Source of the DNA: Candidatus Bathyarchaeia archaeon
Lineage (GTDB): Archaea > Thermoproteota > Bathyarchaeia > 40CM-2-53-6
Direction: 5' to 3'
DNA length: 64,000 nt
Assembly: GCA_049513715.1 (NCBI GenBank)
Contig: JBEKVV010000003.1
Location: 1 to 64,000 of the forward strand
The notes beneath the pieces are model-generated. The model was not told the origin of the DNA. It did not search any database and saw only the letters and a program-made list of their open reading frames with translations. How positions within the stretch are numbered: the stretch's first letter is position 1; each line of letters begins with the position of its first letter. Shown one piece after another: positions 7,639 to 17,400 of the stretch. Made by a program: the position numbers and the translations under genes.

Positions 7639-8412
7639 TCAATTGAAACTGCCAATGAAGTTCAGGGGCTTACTCACATTCCTTGCAAGCTGCCTCGCGC
7701 TGTGAGACGGGATTGCACAGAGTACAACGGTGGCGGGTCCAGCGGATTTCTTGATGTCTATGTTCAACAGGGAATTCAAACTGAGGCGCAGGTGAGAATC
7801 CTCCGCCATCGTTTTGGCTTCTTCGAATATGCCACGTGAACCAACTGGCATAAGCTCACGCACAAATGGCAGCTTGAGCATAGATTGGATGTCCTTGATG
7901 TCTGCGATTTTGTGAGCCCTTTCGGCGCTCAGCACTTCATTTCCCATGTGTGGAGTACCTACGGCGTAGAGCATATCTCCGCGTCTACACTGACCTACCC
8001 TCAACGAGCTCATGGTTGATAGGCCGACGACCGTGACACCCACCCCCGTTTCGTTCACGCGAAAGTTCTTCTCTGTACTTTGGATCTGCGAAACTGGAAA
8101 ACTCAGTGAGGCATGTCTCACCTCGTGGCTAATGCCCCTCAAAATTCCTAGTCCCGTAGGGTTAGGCTCAACGGTGAGCGTGCTCGCAACGCAAACAGGC
8201 ATGGCTCCCACGGATAGCACCTCCATGAGAGCTACTCTTGCAGTGAACTTCCCCACTGCATATCCACTCACCCTCACCTTGTCCAACCACTTGGGTCCAA
8301 TTCCACCAGCTGAATCGCAACCTACCACCATTACCCGACCCCAGCTTAGTCTGATTATGCGAACATCACGCCGAGTAAAGATACTCTTGACGCCCGAAAA
8401 TGCCGCTCTCAA
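7639..8412 (-). CDS. cblS: Alpha-ribazole kinase CblS-like (PurM/AIR synthase fold)
   Basis: CDSAGGIGPK, RVALMEVLSVGA, STEKNF...TGVGVTVVG, PVGSRGI; within the cob cluster. Confidence 0.75.
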   Translation of the reverse strand: MRAAFSGVKSIFTRRDVRIIRLSWGRVMVVGCDSAGGIGPKWLDKVRVSGYAVGKFTARVALMEVLSVGAMPVCVASTLTVEPNPTGLGILRGISHEVRHASLSFPVSQIQSTEKNFRVNETGVGVTVVGLSTMSSLRVGQCRRGDMLYAVGTPHMGNEVLSAERAHKIADIKDIQSMLKLPFVRELMPVGSRGIFEEAKTMAEDSHLRLSLNSLLNIDIKKSAGPATVVLCAIPSHSARQLARNVSKPLNFIGSFN

Positions 8413-8957
8413 AACCGCAACCGCCCTCTAACGCTCACGAATGCGGCACCAGCCACAATTGCATTGACGAGGGACGCGAAGAAAATGTAGGGAGAGAGAC
8501 TCAACGCAACCGGCCAACCCAACGTTGGCACGACAATCACAACGGAAAGAGTATTGATGGCCACACCAGCAAAGAGCCCAGCGACCATGCTCCACCTCCT
8601 CTTCACCGTGTTCACGAAGCCCATTGCTCCTCCAGCAGCCGCCAACCCAACCGCTATCGGGATGTGAAGTATTCCAAGTGGAAAACCATTAACGACAGAA
8701 GTTGCAATATGGCCGACCGCACACACCAAAGCTCCGTCCCACGGCCCAAAATACAACGCGGCAAAAAACCCAGGCGAGGAATCGAAAGCCACCGTCGGGA
8801 CCGGGGAAGGCAAATGCATGAATGAACCAATCACCGAGAGAGCTGAGAACACTGAGATACGAGCCCAACGCAAGGCCGCCGGCCCTCTTCTAGGGGCGCC
8901 ACTATGGGTTCGCGACGCGCCTTCTTGACTCTTGGAAAATCTTCTTGGCAAGGCCAT
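8409..8957 (-). CDS. cblT: ECF S component, alpha-ribazole transporter CblT-like
   Basis: TVAFDSSPGFFAAL, GHIATS..GFPL; adjacent to cblS. Confidence 0.75.
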   Translation of the reverse strand: MALPRRFSKSQEGASRTHSGAPRRGPAALRWARISVFSALSVIGSFMHLPSPVPTVAFDSSPGFFAALYFGPWDGALVCAVGHIATSVVNGFPLGILHIPIAVGLAAAGGAMGFVNTVKRRWSMVAGLFAGVAINTLSVVIVVPTLGWPVALSLSPYIFFASLVNAIVAGAAFVSVRGRLRF

Positions 8958-9531
8958 ACTCTGCCTGAGTATTTACATTGAGGATGAATTCGGGAGACTC
9001 AACTATGAGCACTTCTTCCTCAAGCATCGGTTCGTTGATTCTGGAGCCACGGATAATGTTCAAGCCAATTGGCGCAAGATCCTTCCCGCCGATTTGAAAG
9101 ATGTGCTGCGGTCTTACACCAAGCGTTTGAAATGCGTTGACCGGTGCCATTGCCGCTAAGGCGGGTTTACCAGAGGATAGGAATTTCGTTATTGCTTGGT
9201 CGACTAGCTTCGTGGTTAGGAACGGAAGGTCGGCGGAGACCACTATCGTGTCTTTCAACCCGAGCTTTCTGATAGCGTATCGCATATCGGGCACATAACC
9301 CTCACCCGGTGTTTCCACAACTTCCACGCTGTTCTCCTGGGCAACGCGAGCAGTCTGAGTAGTTCTGGCACTCGTTGCCACTACGATTCTATCGATTGAC
9401 TTCAATTTGCGTAACGCATCCAGAACCCACAGTAACATCGCCCTATTCTCTATCTCCAGCAGTGGCTTCTCTTTTGCAGTTTTCATTCGTGTGGCCGCTC
9501 CGCCAGCCATAACAAGAGCTGTCAAACCCAT
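8902..9531 (-). CDS. cobY: Adenosylcobinamide-phosphate guanylyltransferase
   Basis: MAGG-ATRM..EKPL, GYVPD, ADLP, NVNT; context. Confidence 0.88.
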   Translation of the reverse strand: MGLTALVMAGGAATRMKTAKEKPLLEIENRAMLLWVLDALRKLKSIDRIVVATSARTTQTARVAQENSVEVVETPGEGYVPDMRYAIRKLGLKDTIVVSADLPFLTTKLVDQAITKFLSSGKPALAAMAPVNAFQTLGVRPQHIFQIGGKDLAPIGLNIIRGSRINEPMLEEEVLIVESPEFILNVNTQAEYGLAKKIFQESRRRVANP

Positions 9532-10292
9532 CGCGAAGCCACCAGAATCACAACTAACGACAGAAGTCGAGTAATGTCGTTCGTTGCACCGATTACGTCC
9601 CCGGTTATCCCTCCGAACTGTCTTTCAGAAATCAAGAGAAGGAGCGCTGCTGAAAGAACCGCAGCAAGGGCGACGAGTAAACCGACACCTCGTAGAGTCA
9701 GAAGTGTGATTGTGAGGAGGAGAACTAAGCCGACACCAAGCTTGAACCATCGTCCTCTTTTCTTGTGCATCGCCTCTACGAACGGCGTATTCATACCTAT
9801 GTGAGCGGAATGGCCAGCCCACGCTAGAAGCAGCATGGCAAACTTTGCTGCTGCCTCAGATGCAACCAGACTCAGGATAACAGAACCTTGATTCAACGAT
9901 GATATGGAAAGCGCTGTCGCAAGTAGCACCACCAATCCCAAGCTGACCCCACCAGCTCCAGTAGCCGGGTCGCGCATGATCCTGATCTTGCCTTCGCGTG
10001 AGCCATGGAACATCACCGCGTCTCCAAAATCGAGCAGGCCGTCCGTATGATGCACACCGGTAATGAGCAGCAGGAATCCCAGTGTGAACGTTCCGACTAG
10101 CAGGGACGGGAGGAATGTAAAGAGCGCCCAAGACAGGGCTCCGCACATGAACCCAATCATCGCTCCGAGCAGTGGGTACAGGGGCATGTAATTGGCTGCT
10201 TGCTGGATTCCGTTCTCATCCATTCCGACCGGGAGCACCGTCAGGAAAGCCAGTGAATTTCTGAGCCCTTTGAATAGTTCCAACGGGTTCAT
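9522..10292 (-). CDS. cobS: Adenosylcobinamide-GDP ribazoletransferase
   Basis: FLTVLP, TGVHHTDGLLDFGD, MRD, GGITGDVIGA. Confidence 0.95.
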   Translation of the reverse strand: MNPLELFKGLRNSLAFLTVLPVGMDENGIQQAANYMPLYPLLGAMIGFMCGALSWALFTFLPSLLVGTFTLGFLLLITGVHHTDGLLDFGDAVMFHGSREGKIRIMRDPATGAGGVSLGLVVLLATALSISSLNQGSVILSLVASEAAAKFAMLLLAWAGHSAHIGMNTPFVEAMHKKRGRWFKLGVGLVLLLTITLLTLRGVGLLVALAAVLSAALLLLISERQFGGITGDVIGATNDITRLLSLVVILVASRWV

Positions 10293-10786
10293 CTGGCGTG
10301 TTTTCTAAGGGCGTGGGAGTACATGTTTGATGAGCAGCCTGCGATGAGCCCACCAATTGCATCGTTTGAAATCGGTCCGAGCTTGCTCAGTATTCCAGGT
10401 TTATTCTGATCGAACCTGACGAATTCGAAAATCCCTTTGGCTCCAGCTATGTAGTTGGCAATTGTCATTCCAAGCAATTCATCTGTAACGAGGCCGGGTC
10501 GGCCCATGAACCGCTCACGTGTCAAGTTGGGAATCAAGCCACGATACGCATCCTCTTCCGCTCGGTAGCAGGCGACCACCAGCGTTGAGACGTTGACATC
10601 TGAAAGGGCCTCTTTGAATTCCAACTTGAGTACGCATCTTGCTTTGGCCCTATTCTCTACGCCTGGGTGGGGAACAAAGAGTCGCAGGGCAGCCTCAATC
10701 ATGTCTTCCAATCCCACACCCTTACGCTCTAGATATGATTGCAGCGGAGGAACTTTGGATTTCCCCACGGTGCGACGGCGAGGCAT
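10289..10786 (-). CDS. cobZ: Alpha-ribazole-phosphate phosphatase (archaeal CobZ type)
   Basis: DVNV, DELLGMTIANYIAG.KG.F.F.RFD..KPGIL. Confidence 0.85.
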   Translation of the reverse strand: MPRRRTVGKSKVPPLQSYLERKGVGLEDMIEAALRLFVPHPGVENRAKARCVLKLEFKEALSDVNVSTLVVACYRAEEDAYRGLIPNLTRERFMGRPGLVTDELLGMTIANYIAGAKGIFEFVRFDQNKPGILSKLGPISNDAIGGLIAGCSSNMYSHALRKHAR

Positions 10787-10805
10787 TTGAACACCGGCAG
10801 AGTTA

Positions 10806-11393
10806 TTGCATGGCTGGATTATCCAGCCATTTAAACTATCCGAGGGCTACGTTCTGCAACTCAACTCCAAACAAGTCGCCTCAGTGTCGACACTTACAGC
10901 TATCGGTGCTGTGGCAAGAATTGTTCTTGCTGAGTTTGCTATGAGTTCCCCGCAACCTCTCTACGGGGTTCTGGTCAAGGTTGGTCTAAGTGAGACACTG
11001 GCCTTCATTGATGGGTTCGTCTATGGGCCCGCAATCGGCTTCTTGACTGGGTTCCTGATCATAGTGATTTCGGACATGTTCGTGCTACCCGGTCCATGGA
11101 CTCCATACATCGCGGCTATCATCGGCTCAGTTGGAATCTTTGCTGGAATTACTCGGCGTTTGATCTCGGAGCCGACGGTTAAGAAGTTGGTTGCTTGCGC
11201 TGTTGTGTTCACGTTGGCAAGCGAGTTGCTGCAGAATACATGGGTTGCCGTGTTCTTCAACGTTTCAATTATTGTAACAATCATAACCGGGATTCCGAGC
11301 CTGGTAACGGCGCTCGCCAACAATGTAGTCCTCTTACCTACAGTGGGGCTGAGGGTCATCAAGCATCTCCAAGATCGTGATTTGCAGCGTTGA
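10806..11393 (+). CDS. ECF transporter S component (possibly cobamide-related)
   Basis: GFVYGPAIG, ISD...GPWTP, multi-TM; divergent from the cob operon; start uncertain. Confidence 0.7.
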   Translation: MHGWIIQPFKLSEGYVLQLNSKQVASVSTLTAIGAVARIVLAEFAMSSPQPLYGVLVKVGLSETLAFIDGFVYGPAIGFLTGFLIIVISDMFVLPGPWTPYIAAIIGSVGIFAGITRRLISEPTVKKLVACAVVFTLASELLQNTWVAVFFNVSIIVTIITGIPSLVTALANNVVLLPTVGLRVIKHLQDRDLQR

Positions 11394-11568
11394 CTTAGTG
11401 ATTATTGGCGCTGCTTCAAAGTGGACGCAGGGCGCTCAGGTTAAACGAATTCCAGTCAAGACTGCTTGGGTAAGCATAGACTTAGCTGCTCTAGGAATCC
11501 CTAGAGAGTTACGCGGCATGATTGCCGTGTCGGACATTGGGCTCTGTCGATACCCACTACGCAGGAGC

Positions 11569-11880
11569 CTAATTGGCGGCGCTCTTGGGCGATTTTCGGA
11601 GGACCAGACCCAGCCACACTAGACCTACGAGTGCGATTACCACAGCGATTATTGTTAGAGCATTCGTCAAACCGAATGGGTTCCCGCCCGCGAACTGGCG
11701 GCTTCCGACAAAGGTTCCGTTGAAGTTCCGAGTGAAGTTTCCGTTGAAGTTTCCATTAGGACGAAACATCTCCCGAACAAAAAGGGCGCGTATGGCCCCG
11801 TAAATAGCGGAAATCGCCATGAGCACAACGCCGACCGCAGTGACTAGGTACGAGTACTTCATCTGCTGTTTAGCATCCAA
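11569..11880 (-). CDS. Two-TM protein with N-G-N-F repeat loop
   Basis: Two hydrophobic helices flank NGNFNGNFTRNFNGTF. Confidence 0.7.
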   Translation of the reverse strand: MDAKQQMKYSYLVTAVGVVLMAISAIYGAIRALFVREMFRPNGNFNGNFTRNFNGTFVGSRQFAGGNPFGLTNALTIIAVVIALVGLVWLGLVLRKSPKSAAN

Positions 11881-12079
11881 CTAACTACACCTTGTAGTTG
11901 CCACAACGTTTGGAGCAATATATAACGAATATGGACGAATCATCCCAGAGGTCAGACGAGCATATCTCTGTGTTGGGCGTCCTCATCGCCTTCTTTCCTG
12001 CGAGTCACATTTGGCGCCCTGCTCGGTTGAATGCGAAACCTATCAATACAGCCTTTCATCATGTTTCCGGTGATTTGAA

Positions 12080-13216
12080 ATGACATCTCCCCTGCCCCCT
12101 CCGACCCCAGAGCGCCAATCGCACCCGTTTCTAACCTACGATATGATCTACGAGATCCCGGAAGCCATCAAGAATACGTTGGAGAACAATTCCCGCAGCA
12201 TCGACTCGGTAGTAGGCAAGATGAAAGTGAAGGAAGAATTCTGCTACACAGGTTGCGGGACCGCATTCTTCTCCGCGATGCTAGGTGCTGAAGTGCTCTC
12301 ATTCCAGAATAGCAGAAGGTACGAGTGTGTCCAAGCTCTTGAGCTGGCCAACTACCACCACCCAGTCAACAAGAACACCACCACTATAGCGGTCTCACAT
12401 AGCGGCATCACGAAAACCACAGTGGACGCTCTACGATCATCAAAGAAGCAGGGCGGCTTCTGCGTTGGAATAACTCATTTCCCTGACCGCCCCATCTCCC
12501 AAGTTGCCGACGAAACGCTCATCGTGGGCAATGGGCCAGACCAATCGCGCTGCCACACAAAGTGCTATGTGTCCGGCGCCGCGGCTTTAACCAAAATTGG
12601 ACTTGAAATCCTAGCACAAATCAACGAAGGTGACTCGGAACGTCTGGAGAGGATTCGGAAGGAACTGGCAGAACTCCACCAAATGGCTGAACGGGTCCTT
12701 ACTTCAACAGATCAGTTTGCAAAAGGACTGGCTGAGAAGCATTCGGCGAAAAGGTCCTTCAATTTTGCGGGCGCCGGGCCAAACTACCCGAATGCCTTGG
12801 AGGCTGCGCTGAAGATCATGAAAACAAGCTACGTTCCAGCGCAGGGATTTGAAACGGAACAATTGCTGCATGGCCCCTGGGTGTCCTTGGATGAGGAGAG
12901 CGTCTTGTTTGTTTTGTCACCAAACGGGCCATCTCATCAGCGGAGCTTGGATTTGATTAGGGCGGCAACCAAGTTGGGATCTACTGTGATCCCAATAATT
13001 GGGCAGGATGATGATGAGATTGCTTCCATTTGCGGCAACGCATTCAGACTACCCGTGGTCGACGAGTATCTGTCACCGTTCCTTAGCATAATTCCGTTGT
13101 ACTTGTTCGCGTACTACATGTGCCTGCGGCGTGGGTACAACCCTGATTATTTGCGATACTTAACTCCGGCGTACTGGGGCGCCAGACAAATCGTGTTTCC
13201 GCCGGGCACGCATTGA
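12080..13216 (+). CDS. Double-SIS sugar-phosphate isomerase/deaminase family protein
   Basis: GCGTA, SHSG.TK, TKCY, ALEAALK, LLHGP, GYNPD. Confidence 0.88.
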   Translation: MTSPLPPPTPERQSHPFLTYDMIYEIPEAIKNTLENNSRSIDSVVGKMKVKEEFCYTGCGTAFFSAMLGAEVLSFQNSRRYECVQALELANYHHPVNKNTTTIAVSHSGITKTTVDALRSSKKQGGFCVGITHFPDRPISQVADETLIVGNGPDQSRCHTKCYVSGAAALTKIGLEILAQINEGDSERLERIRKELAELHQMAERVLTSTDQFAKGLAEKHSAKRSFNFAGAGPNYPNALEAALKIMKTSYVPAQGFETEQLLHGPWVSLDEESVLFVLSPNGPSHQRSLDLIRAATKLGSTVIPIIGQDDDEIASICGNAFRLPVVDEYLSPFLSIIPLYLFAYYMCLRRGYNPDYLRYLTPAYWGARQIVFPPGTH

Positions 13217-13225
13217 AGACTGGCT

Positions 13226-13516
13226 CTACTGACTTCGTTCTGCGTCTCCCCGCATCAGGGCGTTCAGCAAAACTGTTGGAAGTGTTGAGCGGTTCGCAAG
13301 TGTTGCGCCACCGAGCCGGACCTTCCCGTCAATTTCAACGACAGGAATAGTCTCCTTGTAGCGTTGAAACAGGTCGGCGTTGGTCGTAATATTCTCTGTG
13401 GAGATCTCAAGAGGGCGAGTGGCGGATAGTTTCTGTAGTTCTTCGATTACTTTCTCGCAGAGGTGACAGCCTTCCCTCGTGTAAACGACGACTTTGGTCA
13501 TGAAGACCTTCCCCAA
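13226..13516 (-). CDS. Glutaredoxin-like protein (DUF836 type)
   Basis: YTREGCHLC, IPVVEIDG. Confidence 0.85.
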   Translation of the reverse strand: MGKVFMTKVVVYTREGCHLCEKVIEELQKLSATRPLEISTENITTNADLFQRYKETIPVVEIDGKVRLGGATLANRSTLPTVLLNALMRGDAERSQ

Positions 13517-13559
13517 TCTCGCAATGGCACGTCAGTAATGATGACAAGTGCAACGGTGA

Positions 13560-13594
13560 TTAAAAAATCAAAACAATAGGAGAAGAAAAAGGGG
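13560..13594 (-). terminator. Oligo-T terminator after the TRAM gene
   Basis: Several T runs on the minus strand just after the stop. Confidence 0.5.
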
Positions 13595-13618
13595 TTTACC
13601 GGTGGGTCTTCCAGAGTC

Positions 13619-13825
13619 TTACTGGACGATTTCACCGGTTGCGAATCGTGGACCAACGGTGTTGATCTTTACCTTCACCTTATCGCCAGGTTTCGAGTTG
13701 GGGACAAAGACTACGAAGCCTTCAATCCTTGCGACTCCGTCACCGCGACGGCTAGTCTCTTTGATTTCAAGTTCGTATTCTTTCCCTTCCTCTACTGGCT
13801 TGTGGAAGGAACCTTCGGAGCTCAT
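13619..13825 (-). CDS. Single-TRAM-domain RNA chaperone
   Basis: KPVEEGKEYELEI...GDGVARIEGFVVFVP; GAGGTG SD before ATG 13825. Confidence 0.92.
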   Translation of the reverse strand: MSSEGSFHKPVEEGKEYELEIKETSRRGDGVARIEGFVVFVPNSKPGDKVKVKINTVGPRFATGEIVQ

Positions 13826-14000
13826 GCGTTTCACCTCGTCTTTTGGTTCAGCTAGTTCGTCGGCAGAAAACTCGCACGTCGGCACGTATGATTACGGTAG
13901 GACGGTCGGCTTCAGCCCAGACATAGCTTGTGCGCGTTTAGTCGTCGACGAGCCTAATAATCCTACCTAACATTGATGAGCGAAATTCTGAAACGAATCA

Positions 14001-14333
14001 TCATTTGTGGCGACGGTTCCTGCCGTCCCTGGTCTCGGTTCTTTGCCAATCCCTTTTCCTCTTCGACTCAATCCTAGTTCGCCCAGACCTAAAGGAATCA
14101 ACATCTCTACGATAACCCTGTATTTGTCCGTAGAAGTCTTGATAACCATTCTCGTCCTTCGAAAGCACAGATATCAAATCGTTGAGTTTCGTTCGCACAG
14201 AATCTGAGGCGTTTTCATCCCACGCACGCGAATACACTTCATAGGCAAGATGGAACTTGAAATCCTGAGGCCTGTCAATATCCAACTTGACGGGTGGTTG
14301 ATTTTCCGCGGGGGTTTCAGCCATGAATGACAT
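14001..14333 (-). CDS. Hypothetical protein with Arg-rich C-terminus
   Basis: Clean ORF, upstream TTAAATA, co-oriented with TRAM. Confidence 0.65.
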   Translation of the reverse strand: MSFMAETPAENQPPVKLDIDRPQDFKFHLAYEVYSRAWDENASDSVRTKLNDLISVLSKDENGYQDFYGQIQGYRRDVDSFRSGRTRIESKRKRDWQRTETRDGRNRRHK

Positions 14334-14599
14334 ACTCTCTCGCGCGGGATATTCGGACGGCCTTATTTAATTCGCCTAAAAGGACACGTTTCGGAACTTT
14401 CTCCCTGAGTTCTGAGATAAGGAACCTTTGTTTTCAGTCGAGAAAAACTTCGCAATCGTAAGTTTCAGTTTGGAAAGTTCCACGGTCAACCGTTTCTCTT
14501 CTATCAATCGGACTGCGTAGGAACCCTTTTATTAACTGGGGCGCCTCTGCGGTTCTCGCAACACTACCACTATACTTTCCACTCGGAGGTGAACAACGC

Positions 14600-14920
14600 T
14601 TGACAGAAAAACCACCAGAGAGACCCCCTTCCACCAGAGGCAACATCCCAGCCAACACTGTCCTCATCGGCCAAAAAGAACTCATGGCCTACTGTACTGC
14701 CATCGTAATGCAAATCAACAGTGGCACTAAGGAACTATCGGTTAAGGCACGAGGCCGCGTCATCTCAAAGGCCGTCGACGTAGTTGAGGTTTGCCGAAGA
14801 CGCTTCTTCGATGGCAAACTTGTGATCACCGGCGTCAACATAGGTACAGAAGTGCTAGGTGAAGAGGGCCAAACAAGAAACGTCTCCACGATCGAAATCA
14901 AAGTCGCCAAGAAGGAGTAG
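14600..14920 (+). CDS. albA: Alba DNA/RNA-binding protein
   Basis: VLIGQK, KARGRVISKAVDV, NVSTIEI; GGAGGTGA SD. Confidence 0.95.
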   Translation: MTEKPPERPPSTRGNIPANTVLIGQKELMAYCTAIVMQINSGTKELSVKARGRVISKAVDVVEVCRRRFFDGKLVITGVNIGTEVLGEEGQTRNVSTIEIKVAKKE

Positions 14921-15162
14921 AGACAAGACCGTGGATTGACCCAAAATTCCCTTTTTCCATGCTTCTTTTTCTAATGCACGCCTTTAATCACGATAATGAA
15001 GGTTTAAATGACAGTCTACCGTTGCGTGACTTCAACGAAGACCGCGTGCGGATACTGAGAAGTTCTGCACTGCGAAACTAGAACGCGGTTTACCCGTTAA
15101 CGAGGAAGCTTAGCCGTTCTGTTTTCCGAAAAGCGGTTTACGTAAGCAAGTGAAAACCACAA

Positions 15163-16332
15163 ATGAAAAAATTCGAAGACCTCCCCATATCGGGAGAAAT
15201 AATCCGCAGCACAAGGGAACTCGGATTTCAAGAGATGTTCCCAATTCAGTCTGCGGCAATTGGCCCCCTGCTTGAAGGCAGGGACGTGATAGGCCAAGCC
15301 AAAACTGGCACAGGCAAGACCGCGGCCTTCGGTATTCCGATGGTTCAAAGAATTAACGCATCAGAAGATGCAGTTCAAGGTCTCATTCTGGTTCCGACCA
15401 GGGAATTGGCTCAACAAGTTGCCTCCGACCTCAACAAGTTCGGTCGGTATATGTCGATCCGAACGCTGGCAGTGTACGGTGGCCAGCCAATATACGGCCA
15501 AATGGAGGCGCTTCAGAGAACAATCCACATAGTGGCTGGGACGCCTGGAAGAATTATCGACCATCTATCTAGAGGCACGCTGCTTCTTGATAGAGTAGGA
15601 ATGGTCGTCCTCGACGAAGCTGACCGCATGCTTGACATGGGCTTCAAGGACGACATTGACTTCATACTCCAAAGAACACCTTCAGAACGGCAGACTGCAA
15701 TGTTCTCCGCAACCATGCCCAACGAGATAATGGACATGGCCTCACGGCACATGTACAACCCTGAAAGAATACTCGTGAGTAAGGACGAGATAGCGCTCGA
15801 GGAAATAGAACAACTCTATCACATCGTCGATCCAGAACGGAAGTTCCAGGCCCTCTGCGGAATAATGGGCCAGGAGGCTGTCCAACGAGCCCTGATATTC
15901 TGTTCCACTAAGATCGGAGCGGACAGGCTTGAGAGGAGACTGAGCCGTGTACGAAGAGACGTCGCGGTCATACATGGAGACTTGACGCAACCTCAACGCG
16001 ACAGGGCACTAGAGAACTTTCGAAGAGGCCGCGTTAGATTCTTGGTAGCTACAGATGTTGCAGCGCGCGGGTTGGATATTGAGGGCATTTCACACGTCGT
16101 CAACTACGATTTGCCAAGGGACCCCCTGCTCTACTTCCACCGGATCGGCCGAACGGGTCGGGCTGGTGCTAGCGGAATAGCGGTGACTTTGGTGTCCCGC
16201 CGCGAGATGGGAGACCTAAGGCGAATTCAAGGGATGAGTAATGTGAAGATGCACGAAATGCGAGAGAATTTCGCCCCATCTTCCTTCCCACGAACCCAAC
16301 CCCCAGACTCCCAGCGACCATGGGGTCATTAG
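15163..16332 (+). CDS. DEAD-box RNA helicase
   Basis: AKTGTGKT, PTRELA, DEAD, SAT, HRIGRTGR. Confidence 0.97.
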   Translation: MKKFEDLPISGEIIRSTRELGFQEMFPIQSAAIGPLLEGRDVIGQAKTGTGKTAAFGIPMVQRINASEDAVQGLILVPTRELAQQVASDLNKFGRYMSIRTLAVYGGQPIYGQMEALQRTIHIVAGTPGRIIDHLSRGTLLLDRVGMVVLDEADRMLDMGFKDDIDFILQRTPSERQTAMFSATMPNEIMDMASRHMYNPERILVSKDEIALEEIEQLYHIVDPERKFQALCGIMGQEAVQRALIFCSTKIGADRLERRLSRVRRDVAVIHGDLTQPQRDRALENFRRGRVRFLVATDVAARGLDIEGISHVVNYDLPRDPLLYFHRIGRTGRAGASGIAVTLVSRREMGDLRRIQGMSNVKMHEMRENFAPSSFPRTQPPDSQRPWGH

Positions 16333-16389
16333 ATATTGCAAACATTCAATAGATGCGTCGAGCAAACCGCAGTTGTGAGAGTAGCCTAA

Positions 16390-16542
16390 ATGGGTCGTCG
16401 TCGTCAATTCCGAAACAAGAACGTACGTTTCGATATGAAGACAGTTGAATGCATTCGCTGCCACAAACTGATCAGGCTAGACGAGTATCAGGCACACCTG
16501 ACAACCTGTTCGGTGCCAGTGCCGCCCCCCGCAGTCCCCTGA
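16390..16542 (+). CDS. 50-aa basic C2HC Zn-finger protein
   Basis: MGRRRQFRNK...CIRCHKLIRLDEYQAHLTTC; manual translation. Confidence 0.65.
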   Translation: MGRRRQFRNKNVRFDMKTVECIRCHKLIRLDEYQAHLTTCSVPVPPPAVP

Positions 16543-16587
16543 AAGTGCCCCCTGTCCTTCTTCGCGTTCGTTGCAGCGGCATCCTGT

Positions 16588-17400
16588 TCAAGTACCGTTT
16601 GTTCCAGTTTGCTCGTGTACCACTGGATTCCGCAAGGTACCTATCCCCTCAACCTCCACTTCTACGACATCCCCTAGTTTCAAGAAAACTGGTGGCCTCC
16701 GAGTGAAACCAACGCCGGCTGGGGTCCCCGTCATTATCACGGTGCCTGGTTGCAGAGTCATACATCGTGATAGGTAGCTGACGAGATGTCGCGTATTGAA
16801 GATGAGGTCTTTGGTGTTGGAATCCTGCATCGTCGTGCCGTTTAGCCTGCAGCGAATGGGGCATGAATCCGGGTTAAGTTCGGTTTCAATCCAGGGGCCG
16901 AGTGGTGCAAAGGTGTCGAAGGATTTACCCCTCGCCCACTGTTTGTCAATTCGAAGTTGGCAGTCGCGAGCGCTCACATCGTTACCGCAAGTGTAACCAA
17001 AGACATAATCCAAGGCCTCATCCTCAGTGACGTTGTGAGCCCGCTTACCCAACACAATAACCAATTCCGCTTCGTAGTCAACCTCATTGGGCGCAACCTT
17101 CGGGAGGAGAATAGGTTGATTTGGCCCAGCGAGAGCGGTGTTTGCTTTGATGAATAATATGGGCGCTCTTGGAATAGGCTCGCGGCTCTCAATCGCGTGG
17201 GCCCGGTAGTTGAGCCCAATCGCCAAGATGTTGGGCGGCTCCACTGGAGCGAGTAGCTGAACGGCCTTAAGGTCTACGTGCCGATTGGCTCGCTCCCACT
17301 TTCCGAAAATGTCGCCTTCTATGGGCTGGATGATGGATGCGGACTCCAAAACCCCATAGCACGGTGCTCGGCCATCAACCACAAATCGAACAATCTTCAA
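16588..17400 (-). CDS. Fumarylacetoacetate hydrolase family protein
   Basis: GLNY, DYEAEL, NDVSARD, GKSFDTF, TGTPAG. Confidence 0.95.
   Translation of the reverse strand: MKIVRFVVDGRAPCYGVLESASIIQPIEGDIFGKWERANRHVDLKAVQLLAPVEPPNILAIGLNYRAHAIESREPIPRAPILFIKANTALAGPNQPILLPKVAPNEVDYEAELVIVLGKRAHNVTEDEALDYVFGYTCGNDVSARDCQLRIDKQWARGKSFDTFAPLGPWIETELNPDSCPIRCRLNGTTMQDSNTKDLIFNTRHLVSYLSRCMTLQPGTVIMTGTPAGVGFTRRPPVFLKLGDVVEVEVEGIGTLRNPVVHEQTGTNGT

Noticed and set aside
10787..10860. Cobalamin riboswitch before the cob operon
   Set aside because: Intergenic space too short; no B12-box seen
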